Positions 1 to 8,176 of a stretch of DNA of 64,000 nt are shown here, piece after piece. The notes under the pieces are model-generated. The model was not told where the DNA came from. It searched no databases and saw only the letters and a list, made by a program, of their open reading frames with translations. The translations under genes were made by a program, and so were the position numbers. The number at the start of each line of letters is the position of its first letter. The stretch's first letter is position 1. The stretch is from Bacteroidales bacterium (lineage in GTDB: Bacteria; Bacteroidota; Bacteroidia; Bacteroidales; P3): positions 1,304-65,303 of the forward strand of contig WQWI01000006.1 of the NCBI GenBank assembly GCA_009785425.1, in the 5' to 3' direction.

Positions 1-1
1 T

Positions 2-1396
2 GACGATACGGAAAAATGTGAAGACAATGTAATTTTTGGTTATGGAGATGAAAGTGCATCGGAATCGTCTGACATAGAAAACTTGAATAACAATGAATTC
101 TTAGAGAATGTAAAATCCATAAAGTATATCGTATCGCCCGCTTATAAAGAATTGTTAAACTTTATGAAAAAAGACGATTATGACGTGTTTATTTTCGGGC
201 ATTCGTGTGGAAATTCGGATAGAACATTATTAAAAGAGTTATTTGAACATGAGCGTTGTAAGGCTATACGATATTTTTTCTATACAAAGAAAGATGGAAC
301 CAATGACTTTGACGAAAAAACAACGAATATCTACAGAGCTTTTGGCGAAAAGTCAAAATTCAGGGAAAAAATGCTCGAATTTAATGAAAATGACGAATTT
401 TCGAGTGAAAAAATAAAACCTAATGAGGGTTTAAGAATTGGTAAAGAAATTGAGTATGATAAAAAGAGTATGGCTATCGAAGGTAAGGTGTCGGAGAATA
501 AAATAGACATTAATGTGATCAAAAAAGAAGAAACAGAACAACCTGCGAAAGTCAGTCAAAGTATTGACGGAATTATAGCTCAACTCACTAATGGCGAAAA
601 TTTGATAAAGGTGAACGGTGGGGAGTTTGATATGGGGTCTAATGATTATGATGATGAAAAACCGATACATAAAGTTATTTTAGATGATTTTTATATGTGT
701 AGGTACCAAGTAACGCAGAAAAAATGGAAAGAGATTATGGGTAATAGTCCGAGTTGGTTTAGCAAGGAAGGCGGAGGAAAAGATAAAATTAAAAACTTGG
801 ACGAAGCAGAACTATCTAATTTACCTGTGGAATGTATTAGTTGGTATGATGCTATTGAATTCTGCAACAAATTGAGTAAGAAATATGGATTAGACGAATA
901 CTATAGTATAGATGAAAGAGAGATTACGATAAATTTCGGTGCAAAAGGTTTCCGTTTACCAACGGAGGCTGAATGGGAATATGCTGCTCGTGGAGGGAAC
1001 CAAAGTAAGAAATTCAAATATAGTGGTAGCGATAATCTAAAAGATGTTGCGTGGTATTACGAAAATAGTGGAGATGCAGAATTGGAGGGTAAATGGGAAT
1101 ATGATAAGTTAGAAGAAAATAATTGCCGAACACACGCAGTCGGAACGAAGCAGTTTAACGAATTGGGTTTATATGATATGAGTGGTAATGTATGGGAGTG
1201 GTGTTTTGATAGATATGGAAGTTATGATGCCCGGTCGCAAAAAAATCCGCAAGGTGCTTTTTCTGGCTCGAGCCGTGTTTTGCGTGGTGGCAGTTGGGAC
1301 GGCGGCGCGCAGAGCTGCCGTGTGTCTGATCGCAACTACGACGCGCCTGGCGATCGCGACAACAGCATTGGCTTCCGTCTCGCCCTAGGTTCATAA
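2..1396 (+). CDS. AbiH-like / FGE-sulfatase (C-type-lectin fold) fusion protein, 5'-partial (runs off the window start)
   Basis: The frame is open from nt 2. NVIFGYGDE...YDVFIFGHSCGNSDRTLL aligns with the paralog at 8177-10051 (IIFGYGDEH...YDVVVLGHSCGNADRTLL), which are AbiH-family motifs. The C-terminal half carries FGE/SUMF1 motifs: GGEFDMGS, ISWYDAIEFCN, GFRLPTEAEWEYAARGG, YDMSGNVWEWC, RVLRGGSW, IGFRLA. Confidence 0.85.
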   Translation, partial: DDTEKCEDNVIFGYGDESASESSDIENLNNNEFLENVKSIKYIVSPAYKELLNFMKKDDYDVFIFGHSCGNSDRTLLKELFEHERCKAIRYFFYTKKDGTNDFDEKTTNIYRAFGEKSKFREKMLEFNENDEFSSEKIKPNEGLRIGKEIEYDKKSMAIEGKVSENKIDINVIKKEETEQPAKVSQSIDGIIAQLTNGENLIKVNGGEFDMGSNDYDDEKPIHKVILDDFYMCRYQVTQKKWKEIMGNSPSWFSKEGGGKDKIKNLDEAELSNLPVECISWYDAIEFCNKLSKKYGLDEYYSIDEREITINFGAKGFRLPTEAEWEYAARGGNQSKKFKYSGSDNLKDVAWYYENSGDAELEGKWEYDKLEENNCRTHAVGTKQFNELGLYDMSGNVWEWCFDRYGSYDARSQKNPQGAFSGSSRVLRGGSWDGGAQSCRVSDRNYDAPGDRDNSIGFRLALGS

Positions 1397-1531
1397 TTAA
1401 GTTATTCGACGATTTTTATGAGCAAAAAAAGGTAAGGGGACGAGTTTTACAAAGAGCGAAGTGAGGGACGAACGAAGCGAAAAGTAAAACTTAATAATAC
1501 CGCCGAAGGCGGTCGAAAATTTTTAAAAATT
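1265..1531 (+). repeat. Copy 1 of a ~267-bp direct repeat: GC-rich variable gene tail (1265-1396, DGR-VR-like) plus conserved 3' flank (1397-1531)
   Basis: Aligned by eye to 9923-10190. The coding part is identical except at NNC-type codons and a 3-nt indel. The non-coding flank is near-identical, with a few substitutions or 1-nt indels. The tail is ~63% G+C by hand count against roughly 35% for the rest of the gene. Confidence 0.9.
1499..1525 (+). terminator. Putative intrinsic terminator after AbiH-FGE gene 1
   Basis: Hairpin accgcc-gaa-ggcggt followed by cgaaaattttt. The same structure follows gene 2. Confidence 0.55.
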
Positions 1532-1762
1532 GAAAAAAATGCAAATAAAGTTATTTTTCATAGGACTTGCAGATTTTGAGCAGGGAAACGAAGAGTTGAA
1601 TAAATTTTTGCGAAGCAAAAAAGTTGTAAACATAGTAGCCTTCATGGATTTGAAGGCGAAAAGTTTAAAGGGGATTTTTACAAACTATTTTCAGAAATTA
1701 TTTTTTTGCTCGAAAAAAATGCGTATCTTTGTGGGTGAATTTCGTAAGTAAATAGCTATGGT

Positions 1763-2215
1763 ATGAGCACACAACAAGACATCAGATGGATACAACGCTT
1801 TTCCAATTACAGAAAAGCATTAGTAAAACTCAAACAAGCTGTAGAAATCTTTTCCAGAAAAACGGACTTTGGAAAAGACGTGCTCGAAGTTTTGGAAGAA
1901 GGATTGATACAATGTTTTGAATTTTCTCATGAATTGGCGTGGAAAGTAATGAGAGACTATTTAATATATCAAGGGTATACTGGTATCACCGGCTCTCGTG
2001 ATGCTATACGCAAGGCATTGGAAATAAATATTATTGATGATGCCGCTTGGATGGAAACTATCAAAGACCGCAACTTGACATCTCACACCTACAACGAGGA
2101 AACAGCGGCTCAAATACACGAAAACATTGTGAAAATATACTTTCCACTGTTTTGCGAGTTTGAAAGAAAAATGACCGAACTTGCAGGTATTGAGCCAAAA
2201 TTGTTTAATGAATGA
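1763..2215 (+). CDS. HEPN-domain protein, HI0074-type nucleotidyltransferase substrate-binding family (putative toxin)
   Basis: IQCFEFSHELAWKVMRDYL and the R-x4-H motif RNLTSHTY. TATCTTTG box at 1723-1730. The stop overlaps the next start (ATGA). Confidence 0.85.
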   Translation: MSTQQDIRWIQRFSNYRKALVKLKQAVEIFSRKTDFGKDVLEVLEEGLIQCFEFSHELAWKVMRDYLIYQGYTGITGSRDAIRKALEINIIDDAAWMETIKDRNLTSHTYNEETAAQIHENIVKIYFPLFCEFERKMTELAGIEPKLFNE

Positions 2216-3249
2216 AATGGGGATTAAAAGATAAAGAATTGACAGAACTGCAAAATCTTTTTTCTCGATATACAGATATTGAGAAAGTGGTGTTGTATGG
2301 ATCGCGAGCAATAGGAAATTATAAAACGTTCTCCGATGTTGATATTACATTGGTAGGCGATGATTTAACTCATAGCCAGCTCAATAAATTATCGTTGGAT
2401 ATTGACGACCTTTTGCTGCCCTATCAATTTGACATCTCCATTTTTCATACGCTTAAAAATGATGGCTTAATTGACCATATTCAAAGGGTGGGCATAACCA
2501 TTTATCAGAAAAATACGAGTAGAGTAATGAAACCACCAATTATCATCGAAGTATGCACAGATTCGCTTGACTCTGCACTTGTTGCTCAAAAAGCAGGTGC
2601 ACATCGTGTAGAATTGTGTACCAATCTTTCGGAAGGTGGCACAACGCCATCGTTCGGTGTGTTAAATTTAGCCCGGAAATTGCTGTCTATAAAGTTGTAT
2701 GTGCTTATTCGTCCTCGCGGAGGGGACTTTTTGTACAATGATTTGGAGTTTGAAACTATGAAATCCGAGATTGAGTACTGTGGAAAAATAGGGTGCGACG
2801 GTGTGGTTATTGGGATGCTTAATAGCGATGGAACTGTTGATATGACTCGGAATCGAGAACTAGTCCGAATAGCAAAAAACTATTCGATGGGCGTTACGTT
2901 TCATCGAGCATTCGACCATTGTGTTGATTTGTTTCAGGGTTTGGAAGATGTTATAAATCTTGGTTGTGAACGAATTTTGACTTCCGGAGGAGAAAAAACA
3001 GCAATGGAAGGCGTGCAAATTCTTGCCCAATTGATTGAAAAAGCGGATAATCGAATTGCCATTATGCCCGGATCAGGAATCACACCGGAAAATTTTATCC
3101 AAATTATTGAAAACACAGGTGCTACAGAAATTCACGGTACATTCAGAAGTTTACATCAAAGCAACATGAAGTATAAAAATCCGGCGTTCACGGATGAGTA
3201 CGATTTTTATCTTACAGATAGTGAAAAATTAAAACGCATTTGCACGTAG
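2212..3249 (+). CDS. cutC: MNT-type nucleotidyltransferase domain (aa 1-~100) reading in frame into a full-length CutC copper-homeostasis domain (from Met106, nt 2527)
   Basis: N-terminus has VVLYGSRAIGNYKTFSDVDITLV (GS-x10-DxD minimal nucleotidyltransferase). From nt 2527, MKPPIIIEVCTDSLDSALVAQKAGAHRVELC...RPRGGDFLY...FHRAFD is CutC-like. There is no stop codon between the two parts. Confidence 0.8.
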   Translation: MKWGLKDKELTELQNLFSRYTDIEKVVLYGSRAIGNYKTFSDVDITLVGDDLTHSQLNKLSLDIDDLLLPYQFDISIFHTLKNDGLIDHIQRVGITIYQKNTSRVMKPPIIIEVCTDSLDSALVAQKAGAHRVELCTNLSEGGTTPSFGVLNLARKLLSIKLYVLIRPRGGDFLYNDLEFETMKSEIEYCGKIGCDGVVIGMLNSDGTVDMTRNRELVRIAKNYSMGVTFHRAFDHCVDLFQGLEDVINLGCERILTSGGEKTAMEGVQILAQLIEKADNRIAIMPGSGITPENFIQIIENTGATEIHGTFRSLHQSNMKYKNPAFTDEYDFYLTDSEKLKRICT

Positions 3250-3388
3250 GACTGTCTCAAAAACCCAGAAAAGCACGTCGTCATTGCGGGCTTGACCCGC
3301 AATCCCCCTGCATTGAGGGGATTCCCGCCTTCGCGGGAATGACGACACAGGTTCAAGCACGGGGTGACGGACTTTTGATACAGCCCCT
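3249..3388. repeat. Nested palindromic repeat (outer arms ctgtctcaaaa/ttttgatacag; two inner hairpins gtcattgcggg..cccgcaatcccc and ggggattcccgc..gcgggaatgac)
   Basis: Read directly from the sequence. The same modules recur at 19082-19147 in inverted orientation, with related copies at 6296, 13424, 15350 and 49942. Confidence 0.85.
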
Positions 3389-3394
3389 ACATTT

Positions 3395-4951
3395 TTATCG
3401 TCCGTAAACGTCTCTTGCTGAAGGCACAAATATCACATTAAGTTCGGGGTCGGGCATATCGGGGTCAAACGGAAACATTGGCCTGACAATACGGCTGAAT
3501 GGTAGATTCACAATATCTTGGTCCACGCCACCTCGTGTGTGAGCCATCACCCAATCGGCTTGCATGTTGAACCAATCGGGCACGAGATAACCTTGCTTAA
3601 CAATGACAATGTCTGCCTCACGCGGATTCAATCCGATAGCGAGCATCTGACTTTCGCGATGGAATGCTGCACGGCGATATGTTACAATCACATAGACGCT
3701 CCCAACTTTGATTACGGCAACTTGTTCATCTGTAAACATCACCGTTCCGGACAGCCTCACAGGACCTTCAAAACGATAATCTTCGATAGCACCCACCATG
3801 GCGGTGGCTTGTCCGCCCACACCGACTCTTTTTGCGGCAACAACCATTTCCGGGCCCGGAATTGAAGCGTAAATCACGGATTTTCCGTCCGGTGTTTGAA
3901 GTTCCGGACGTTGCAAAAGTCTTGCCAAAGTCCAGGTTACATCGCCCGAACCTCCGGCAGTTGGATTATCGCCCATATCGCTGATGAAAAAAGGTCTTTT
4001 GTTGCTCGCAATCGCAGCATCTAAACTTTCTTCGAGCGACATGACGGGTGCTTCAAAGTCGAATTGATGACGAACAGACCAAAATCTTTCTGCCAGTCTT
4101 CTTGCTGAACGCCCCACCTGTCTTCTGTTGTCGCCAACTACCATAACAACGGCATGATTACGAGGCTCATCAGCCCACGCATACGAGATCCATATTCCGG
4201 CATCTATCACGCCCGGAAGTGCCTCAATGCCGGGAAGCATGGCGTAGAGCGACTTTGCGGGTTCGATACGAGTGCTTGTCATTTCGCCCGGAAGCAGTAT
4301 TGGAACTGCAACCCAAGCCTTGTATGCCGGACGCCCTTTTCCGGAAATCACACGATCATAGAGATGTGTAATGGCACGACGGTGTGTTTCTTGCACATCT
4401 TCGTGAGGGGCAGTGCGGAAAGTAGTTATCAAATCCGTATATTTTGCCAAACGCAAAGACACATTGCCGTGCAAATCCATCGAAGTTGAGATGATGGCGT
4501 CATTGCCGATAACGCCGCGTATTCTTTGAAGAAAATCCCCCTCCGGATCGTCCAATCCCACAACACTCATCGCCCCATGAATGCGGAAAAAGAAAGCATC
4601 GTAAGGCATATTTTCACGAATGATATCTAATTTTTTATTGACCAAATATTCGTAGACTTCGCGTGTGACAATTCCACCGGGAGTGGCAGCAGAAAATATC
4701 GCAGGAAGCCACACGGCACCTTGACCCATCGCAGAATCGGGATGCAAGTAGGGAAAAAGTTGCATGAGAGCCTCGCCCTGAAACTGACGAAAAGCCTCTA
4801 ATGGCGTAACAGCCGGAGAAAACGTGCTGCTTTCCAAAGAAATACCCGCAATGCCGATACGCGGGCGAAAATCCGGCTCCTGTGTTGCCGTTTTACAACC
4901 CAACAACAGCAACAACAGACCGAAAACTAATAGTGAACGTGTTTTTTGCAT
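3395..4951 (-). CDS. M81-family metallopeptidase (MlrC-like) lipoprotein
   Basis: Lipobox LLLLLGC. The length and conserved blocks (GISLESSTFSP, HGAMSV, DLHGN, WADEPR, GDNPTAGG) resemble MlrC/microcystinase-C family proteins. Confidence 0.7.
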   Translation of the reverse strand: MQKTRSLLVFGLLLLLLGCKTATQEPDFRPRIGIAGISLESSTFSPAVTPLEAFRQFQGEALMQLFPYLHPDSAMGQGAVWLPAIFSAATPGGIVTREVYEYLVNKKLDIIRENMPYDAFFFRIHGAMSVVGLDDPEGDFLQRIRGVIGNDAIISTSMDLHGNVSLRLAKYTDLITTFRTAPHEDVQETHRRAITHLYDRVISGKGRPAYKAWVAVPILLPGEMTSTRIEPAKSLYAMLPGIEALPGVIDAGIWISYAWADEPRNHAVVMVVGDNRRQVGRSARRLAERFWSVRHQFDFEAPVMSLEESLDAAIASNKRPFFISDMGDNPTAGGSGDVTWTLARLLQRPELQTPDGKSVIYASIPGPEMVVAAKRVGVGGQATAMVGAIEDYRFEGPVRLSGTVMFTDEQVAVIKVGSVYVIVTYRRAAFHRESQMLAIGLNPREADIVIVKQGYLVPDWFNMQADWVMAHTRGGVDQDIVNLPFSRIVRPMFPFDPDMPDPELNVIFVPSARDVYGR

Positions 4952-5078
4952 ACTAAATCATGTTTTTTTGCAAAAATACGAATAATTTTTGATTTTATCT
5001 GAATAATTTTGTGGATTTGTAAAAAAAGTGTTATCTTTGCGCATCAAACCGGCATCACTAACTAAACCAAACCGAATC

Positions 5079-6275
5079 ATGAAATTTTTTAATTTAGCAC
5101 TAATCTTAATTTCCGCATCTCTTTTAATCTCTTGCCAAGACAATAGTTTGAGAGGTGTGCCAAGAGAATATCATGCAAAACTTGATATTGCATTGAATAT
5201 TGCCGGAGATAATTCGGCACAACTGACAAAGGCACTCGAAGGTGTGCCAAGGTCTCAAAGAGAAGCCATGGCGTTTTTGATTTCCTACATGCCGGAAAGA
5301 GATTTGACAACCCTTACAGCCGAAATTCTTATTGACAATGTAACCTACGCTTTCAAAGCAAAAGAAAAATTCCCGTGGGCAAGAAATCTCCCAAAAGACA
5401 TTTTTTTTAATGAGGTTCTGCCGTTTACGATAATGGACGAAGCACGCGATAATTGGCGAGGAAATTTCTTTGAACGATTTTCAAGGCTTGTAGAAGGCGC
5501 ACCCGATATCTTTGCTGCGATTGATTCGGTAAACTTAAACATCAGAGATGAATTGTTAGTTGATTTCGATGTAAGACGAAAACAGCCACATCAAAGTCCT
5601 TTTGAGTCAATTGAATTGCAAATGGCAAGTTGCACGGGATTATCAATTTTATTAACCGCTGCATTTCGTTCAGTGGGTATTCCATCGCGAATCGCAGGAA
5701 CTCCAAACTGGTACGATCGTCGTGGAAACCACAATTGGAGCGAGGTTTGGGTAAACGGTATATGGTATTTTACAGAATATTATCCCGATGATAATGGATT
5801 AAATCACAGTTGGTTTTTGGCAAGTGCAGGTATGGCAGACGAAGACAGCGAAGAACACGCAATTTTTGCGACATCGTTCAGACCAACAGGGCAGCATTTC
5901 CCATTGGTTTGGGATAGAGCAGGTAGAGATGTTCACGCCGTAAATGTAACACAAAGATACATTGAACTTTGGAGTGAACAACAAGATGAGCAACTCAAAT
6001 CGGGCGATTACGTTGCTGTAAGAATTAGTTTTAGAGATACACGTTCAACAGAAAGGGACAACCGAATTGCTGTAAATGTCCGTGTTTTTGATGAGGAAGG
6101 TCGAGATGCCGGCAGAGGTCAAACATCCTCTACAAGAAGCGATTGGAATCAGTATTTAACACTGATTTTGCAAAAAAACCACACTTATACAATCCGCTAT
6201 TCGTTCGAAGATCAGACTATCGAACATCAATTCAGAACAGGCGAAACAACGATGCTTGTGGAATTGACAAGATAA
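5079..6275 (+). CDS. Transglutaminase-like domain lipoprotein
   Basis: Signal peptide with lipobox (LLISC). Transglutaminase core motif QMASCTGLSILLTAAFRSVGIPSR...NHNWSEVW. TATCTTTG box at 5032-5039, so the GTG at 5028 is unlikely to be the start. Confidence 0.75.
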   Translation: MKFFNLALILISASLLISCQDNSLRGVPREYHAKLDIALNIAGDNSAQLTKALEGVPRSQREAMAFLISYMPERDLTTLTAEILIDNVTYAFKAKEKFPWARNLPKDIFFNEVLPFTIMDEARDNWRGNFFERFSRLVEGAPDIFAAIDSVNLNIRDELLVDFDVRRKQPHQSPFESIELQMASCTGLSILLTAAFRSVGIPSRIAGTPNWYDRRGNHNWSEVWVNGIWYFTEYYPDDNGLNHSWFLASAGMADEDSEEHAIFATSFRPTGQHFPLVWDRAGRDVHAVNVTQRYIELWSEQQDEQLKSGDYVAVRISFRDTRSTERDNRIAVNVRVFDEEGRDAGRGQTSSTRSDWNQYLTLILQKNHTYTIRYSFEDQTIEHQFRTGETTMLVELTR

Positions 6276-6295
6276 TTTCTGACGATAGAGAGAGA

Positions 6296-6431
6296 AGAGG
6301 CTGTCTCAAAAATTTACGACAACGTCATTGCGAACTGCGAGGAACGAAGCAGGAAGCAATCTAAATCAATGGATTGCTTCGGCACTCTGTGCCTCGCAAT
6401 GACGTTGTCGTAAATTTCTGAGACAGCCTCT
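6296..6431. repeat. 136-bp near-perfect palindrome between convergent genes (same repeat superfamily)
   Basis: agaggctgtctcaaaaatttacgacaacgtcattgcga...tcgcaatgacgttgtcgtaaatttctgagacagcctct. Confidence 0.9.
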
Positions 6432-7786
6432 TGCAAATCCACCTCAATTGCCACAGGAAAAAGCCTGTGAGGGTCAAAAAATATCGCACAACTATTCACA
6501 ATGTGCCTCAATTCCGGTTGCAATCGCCCTCTAAAAACTCGTTTTCCGTTTACGGTCAGAGTGATTCTTCTATTCAGATCGACCAATTCCGGACAAAGAT
6601 AAATGGTTACCTTTCCTTCTGTCGCAGGAGTGAACGTTCGTGAGAATTTCATTTCTACACCTGACTGATGTCGCTCAATAGTTTCATACGTGACCAAATC
6701 AACTGTAAGCGAAATATTATTGCCATCAATAATGAGTTCGTAAAAAGTTCTCGACGAGGCATCCGGATTGGAACGTTGATTAACTACTAAATTATGAAAT
6801 CCACTTCGGTAACGACCGTCCATTGGAAAATTTTCCCACGACACATGCTTTGGATGAGGATTGCGTGTATGCTGTTTCAACCATGGGGTCGTAGGTGTAT
6901 AATCAATAGCATGTCCTCTGTCGGGAATGAGTTCTATGCGATGGATAAAACTACCGGGATATTGTGCTGCAAGGTTACCAAAAATCTCTTGTGCGTGTTG
7001 CGTAAGAATATTCCGTCCGAACCCTCTATCGTCAGCCCCTGTAAGTAGCGAGAAGGCTATGTTGCGAAAGTTTTCGACTGGGGCATTTTTCAAAGGTTCT
7101 CCTGAAGCCATCGGACCTGCTCCTGCCAAATAATCCGCATAAAACGCTGCCAATCGTTGACTGCCATAACCACCTTCCGAGATACCAAAAAAGTAAATCC
7201 GATTAGGGTCAATCTCATCGCTGATCATTGCGAGTCGCAACAACCTTTCCCAAGCAAACTGCTTGGATTGCTGATACCAGCGATACCATTGTCCTATATT
7301 TGGTATTTGTGGCACAAAATAGATTGAAGGAGCATCGTCGAATGTTTGGGCAAGCCGAAGTCCGGTTGCCCATTCGCGGTCTCGATCTCCCGAGCCATGC
7401 AGATAGAGAAACAGAGGAAAACCATTTTCCGGTTTTTCACCTTTGCTACCCCAAAAAAAGTTCATAATAGCATTGGGTTCAAGATGCTCGGGCAGATGCC
7501 ACTTGCCGGTATTGGCTTCTTCGATGGGGGTTGTCGCTATTAATCTTTCCTCATCGAAATTTTGGTTAGCCCGTTTCCATGCTTCCCAAACCAGTGCTTG
7601 TTTTTTCGCAATGTCTCGTACCCGGATTCTATGCGAATGACCGGTGTAAAGCGTCTCTTTACCGGATAGATAGTTGATGAAGAATTTTTCAATTTCAGCA
7701 AGCGTTTCAATAGAACCGCTTCCTGTTTTACGAGTACCGCACGCGAACATTAATAATGCCAAGCAGATTAAAAGAGACTTTTTCAT
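6314..7786 (-). CDS. Alpha/beta-hydrolase-fold lipoprotein (putative esterase/peptidase); last ~38 aa encoded by the palindromic repeat
   Basis: Lipobox LMFACG. Nucleophile-elbow-like GISEGGYGS. A TATCTTTG box on the minus strand at 7806-7813. Confidence 0.6.
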   Translation of the reverse strand: MKKSLLICLALLMFACGTRKTGSGSIETLAEIEKFFINYLSGKETLYTGHSHRIRVRDIAKKQALVWEAWKRANQNFDEERLIATTPIEEANTGKWHLPEHLEPNAIMNFFWGSKGEKPENGFPLFLYLHGSGDRDREWATGLRLAQTFDDAPSIYFVPQIPNIGQWYRWYQQSKQFAWERLLRLAMISDEIDPNRIYFFGISEGGYGSQRLAAFYADYLAGAGPMASGEPLKNAPVENFRNIAFSLLTGADDRGFGRNILTQHAQEIFGNLAAQYPGSFIHRIELIPDRGHAIDYTPTTPWLKQHTRNPHPKHVSWENFPMDGRYRSGFHNLVVNQRSNPDASSRTFYELIIDGNNISLTVDLVTYETIERHQSGVEMKFSRTFTPATEGKVTIYLCPELVDLNRRITLTVNGKRVFRGRLQPELRHIVNSCAIFFDPHRLFPVAIEVDLQEAVSEIYDNVIARHRVPKQSIDLDCFLLRSSQFAMTLS

Positions 7787-7852
7787 GGTGGTTGAGAATG
7801 ATTTGCAAAGATACGAAAAAAATCAAAATAGTTCTGCACCTTTGCAAAAAAA

Positions 7853-8072
7853 CCTTGCCCGTAGGGCAACAATATCAATAGAAAACAATGTGTCCCCCAA
7901 ACCCTAAAACACCGTAGGTGTTTCACATCAAAAAAATGTTAAATACATATACACATAAATCTACATTCATTATGCTTTTGCTGTTCAAAATTGAATAGAC
8001 GTTAAAGCCCTACGGGCTACACGTGATGTTGGATAACGGTTTTCTATTGATATATATGCCCGATGGGCAATA
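7853..8072. repeat. MITE-like element with ~32-bp imperfect terminal inverted repeats, each containing a small hairpin
   Basis: Left arm is ttgcccgtagggcaacaatatcaatagaaaac. Right arm is gttttctattgatatatatgcccgatgggcaa (about 26/32 complementary). More short hairpins lie in between. Confidence 0.6.
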
Positions 8073-8148
8073 AAACAATAGGACAATTTTGATGCGGTTG
8101 TCCTATAGTTAATTCGAATGAAAAATTGTGAGTTTGTAAAATTATTAG

Positions 8149-8156
8149 TATTTTTG
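8149..8156 (+). promoter_or_regulatory. Bacteroidota -7 promoter box (TATTTTTG) for the AbiH-FGE gene
   Basis: Matches TAnnTTTG, about 21 nt upstream of the ATG at 8177. Confidence 0.5.
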
Positions 8157-8176
8157 CAAGACCAAAAAGCAATATC

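Noticed and set aside
1530-1751. 73-aa ORF between the AbiH-FGE 3' flank and the HEPN gene
   Set aside because: It starts at a TTG inside the conserved flank and runs through the TATCTTTG promoter box of the HEPN gene. Only the first ~35 aa look protein-like (MQIKLFFIGLADFEQGNEELNKFLRSKKV). It is probably a gene remnant or chance ORF, so I did not call it as a CDS.
3229-3429. ORFs translated from palindromic repeats (3229-3429, 15061-15459, 15212-15433, 16628-17044, 16796-16978, 27652-27879, 19086-19283)
   Set aside because: They consist largely of repeat-encoded peptides (SFPRRRESP-type) and overlap real genes or intergenic hairpins. They are artefacts of GC-rich palindromes lacking stops.
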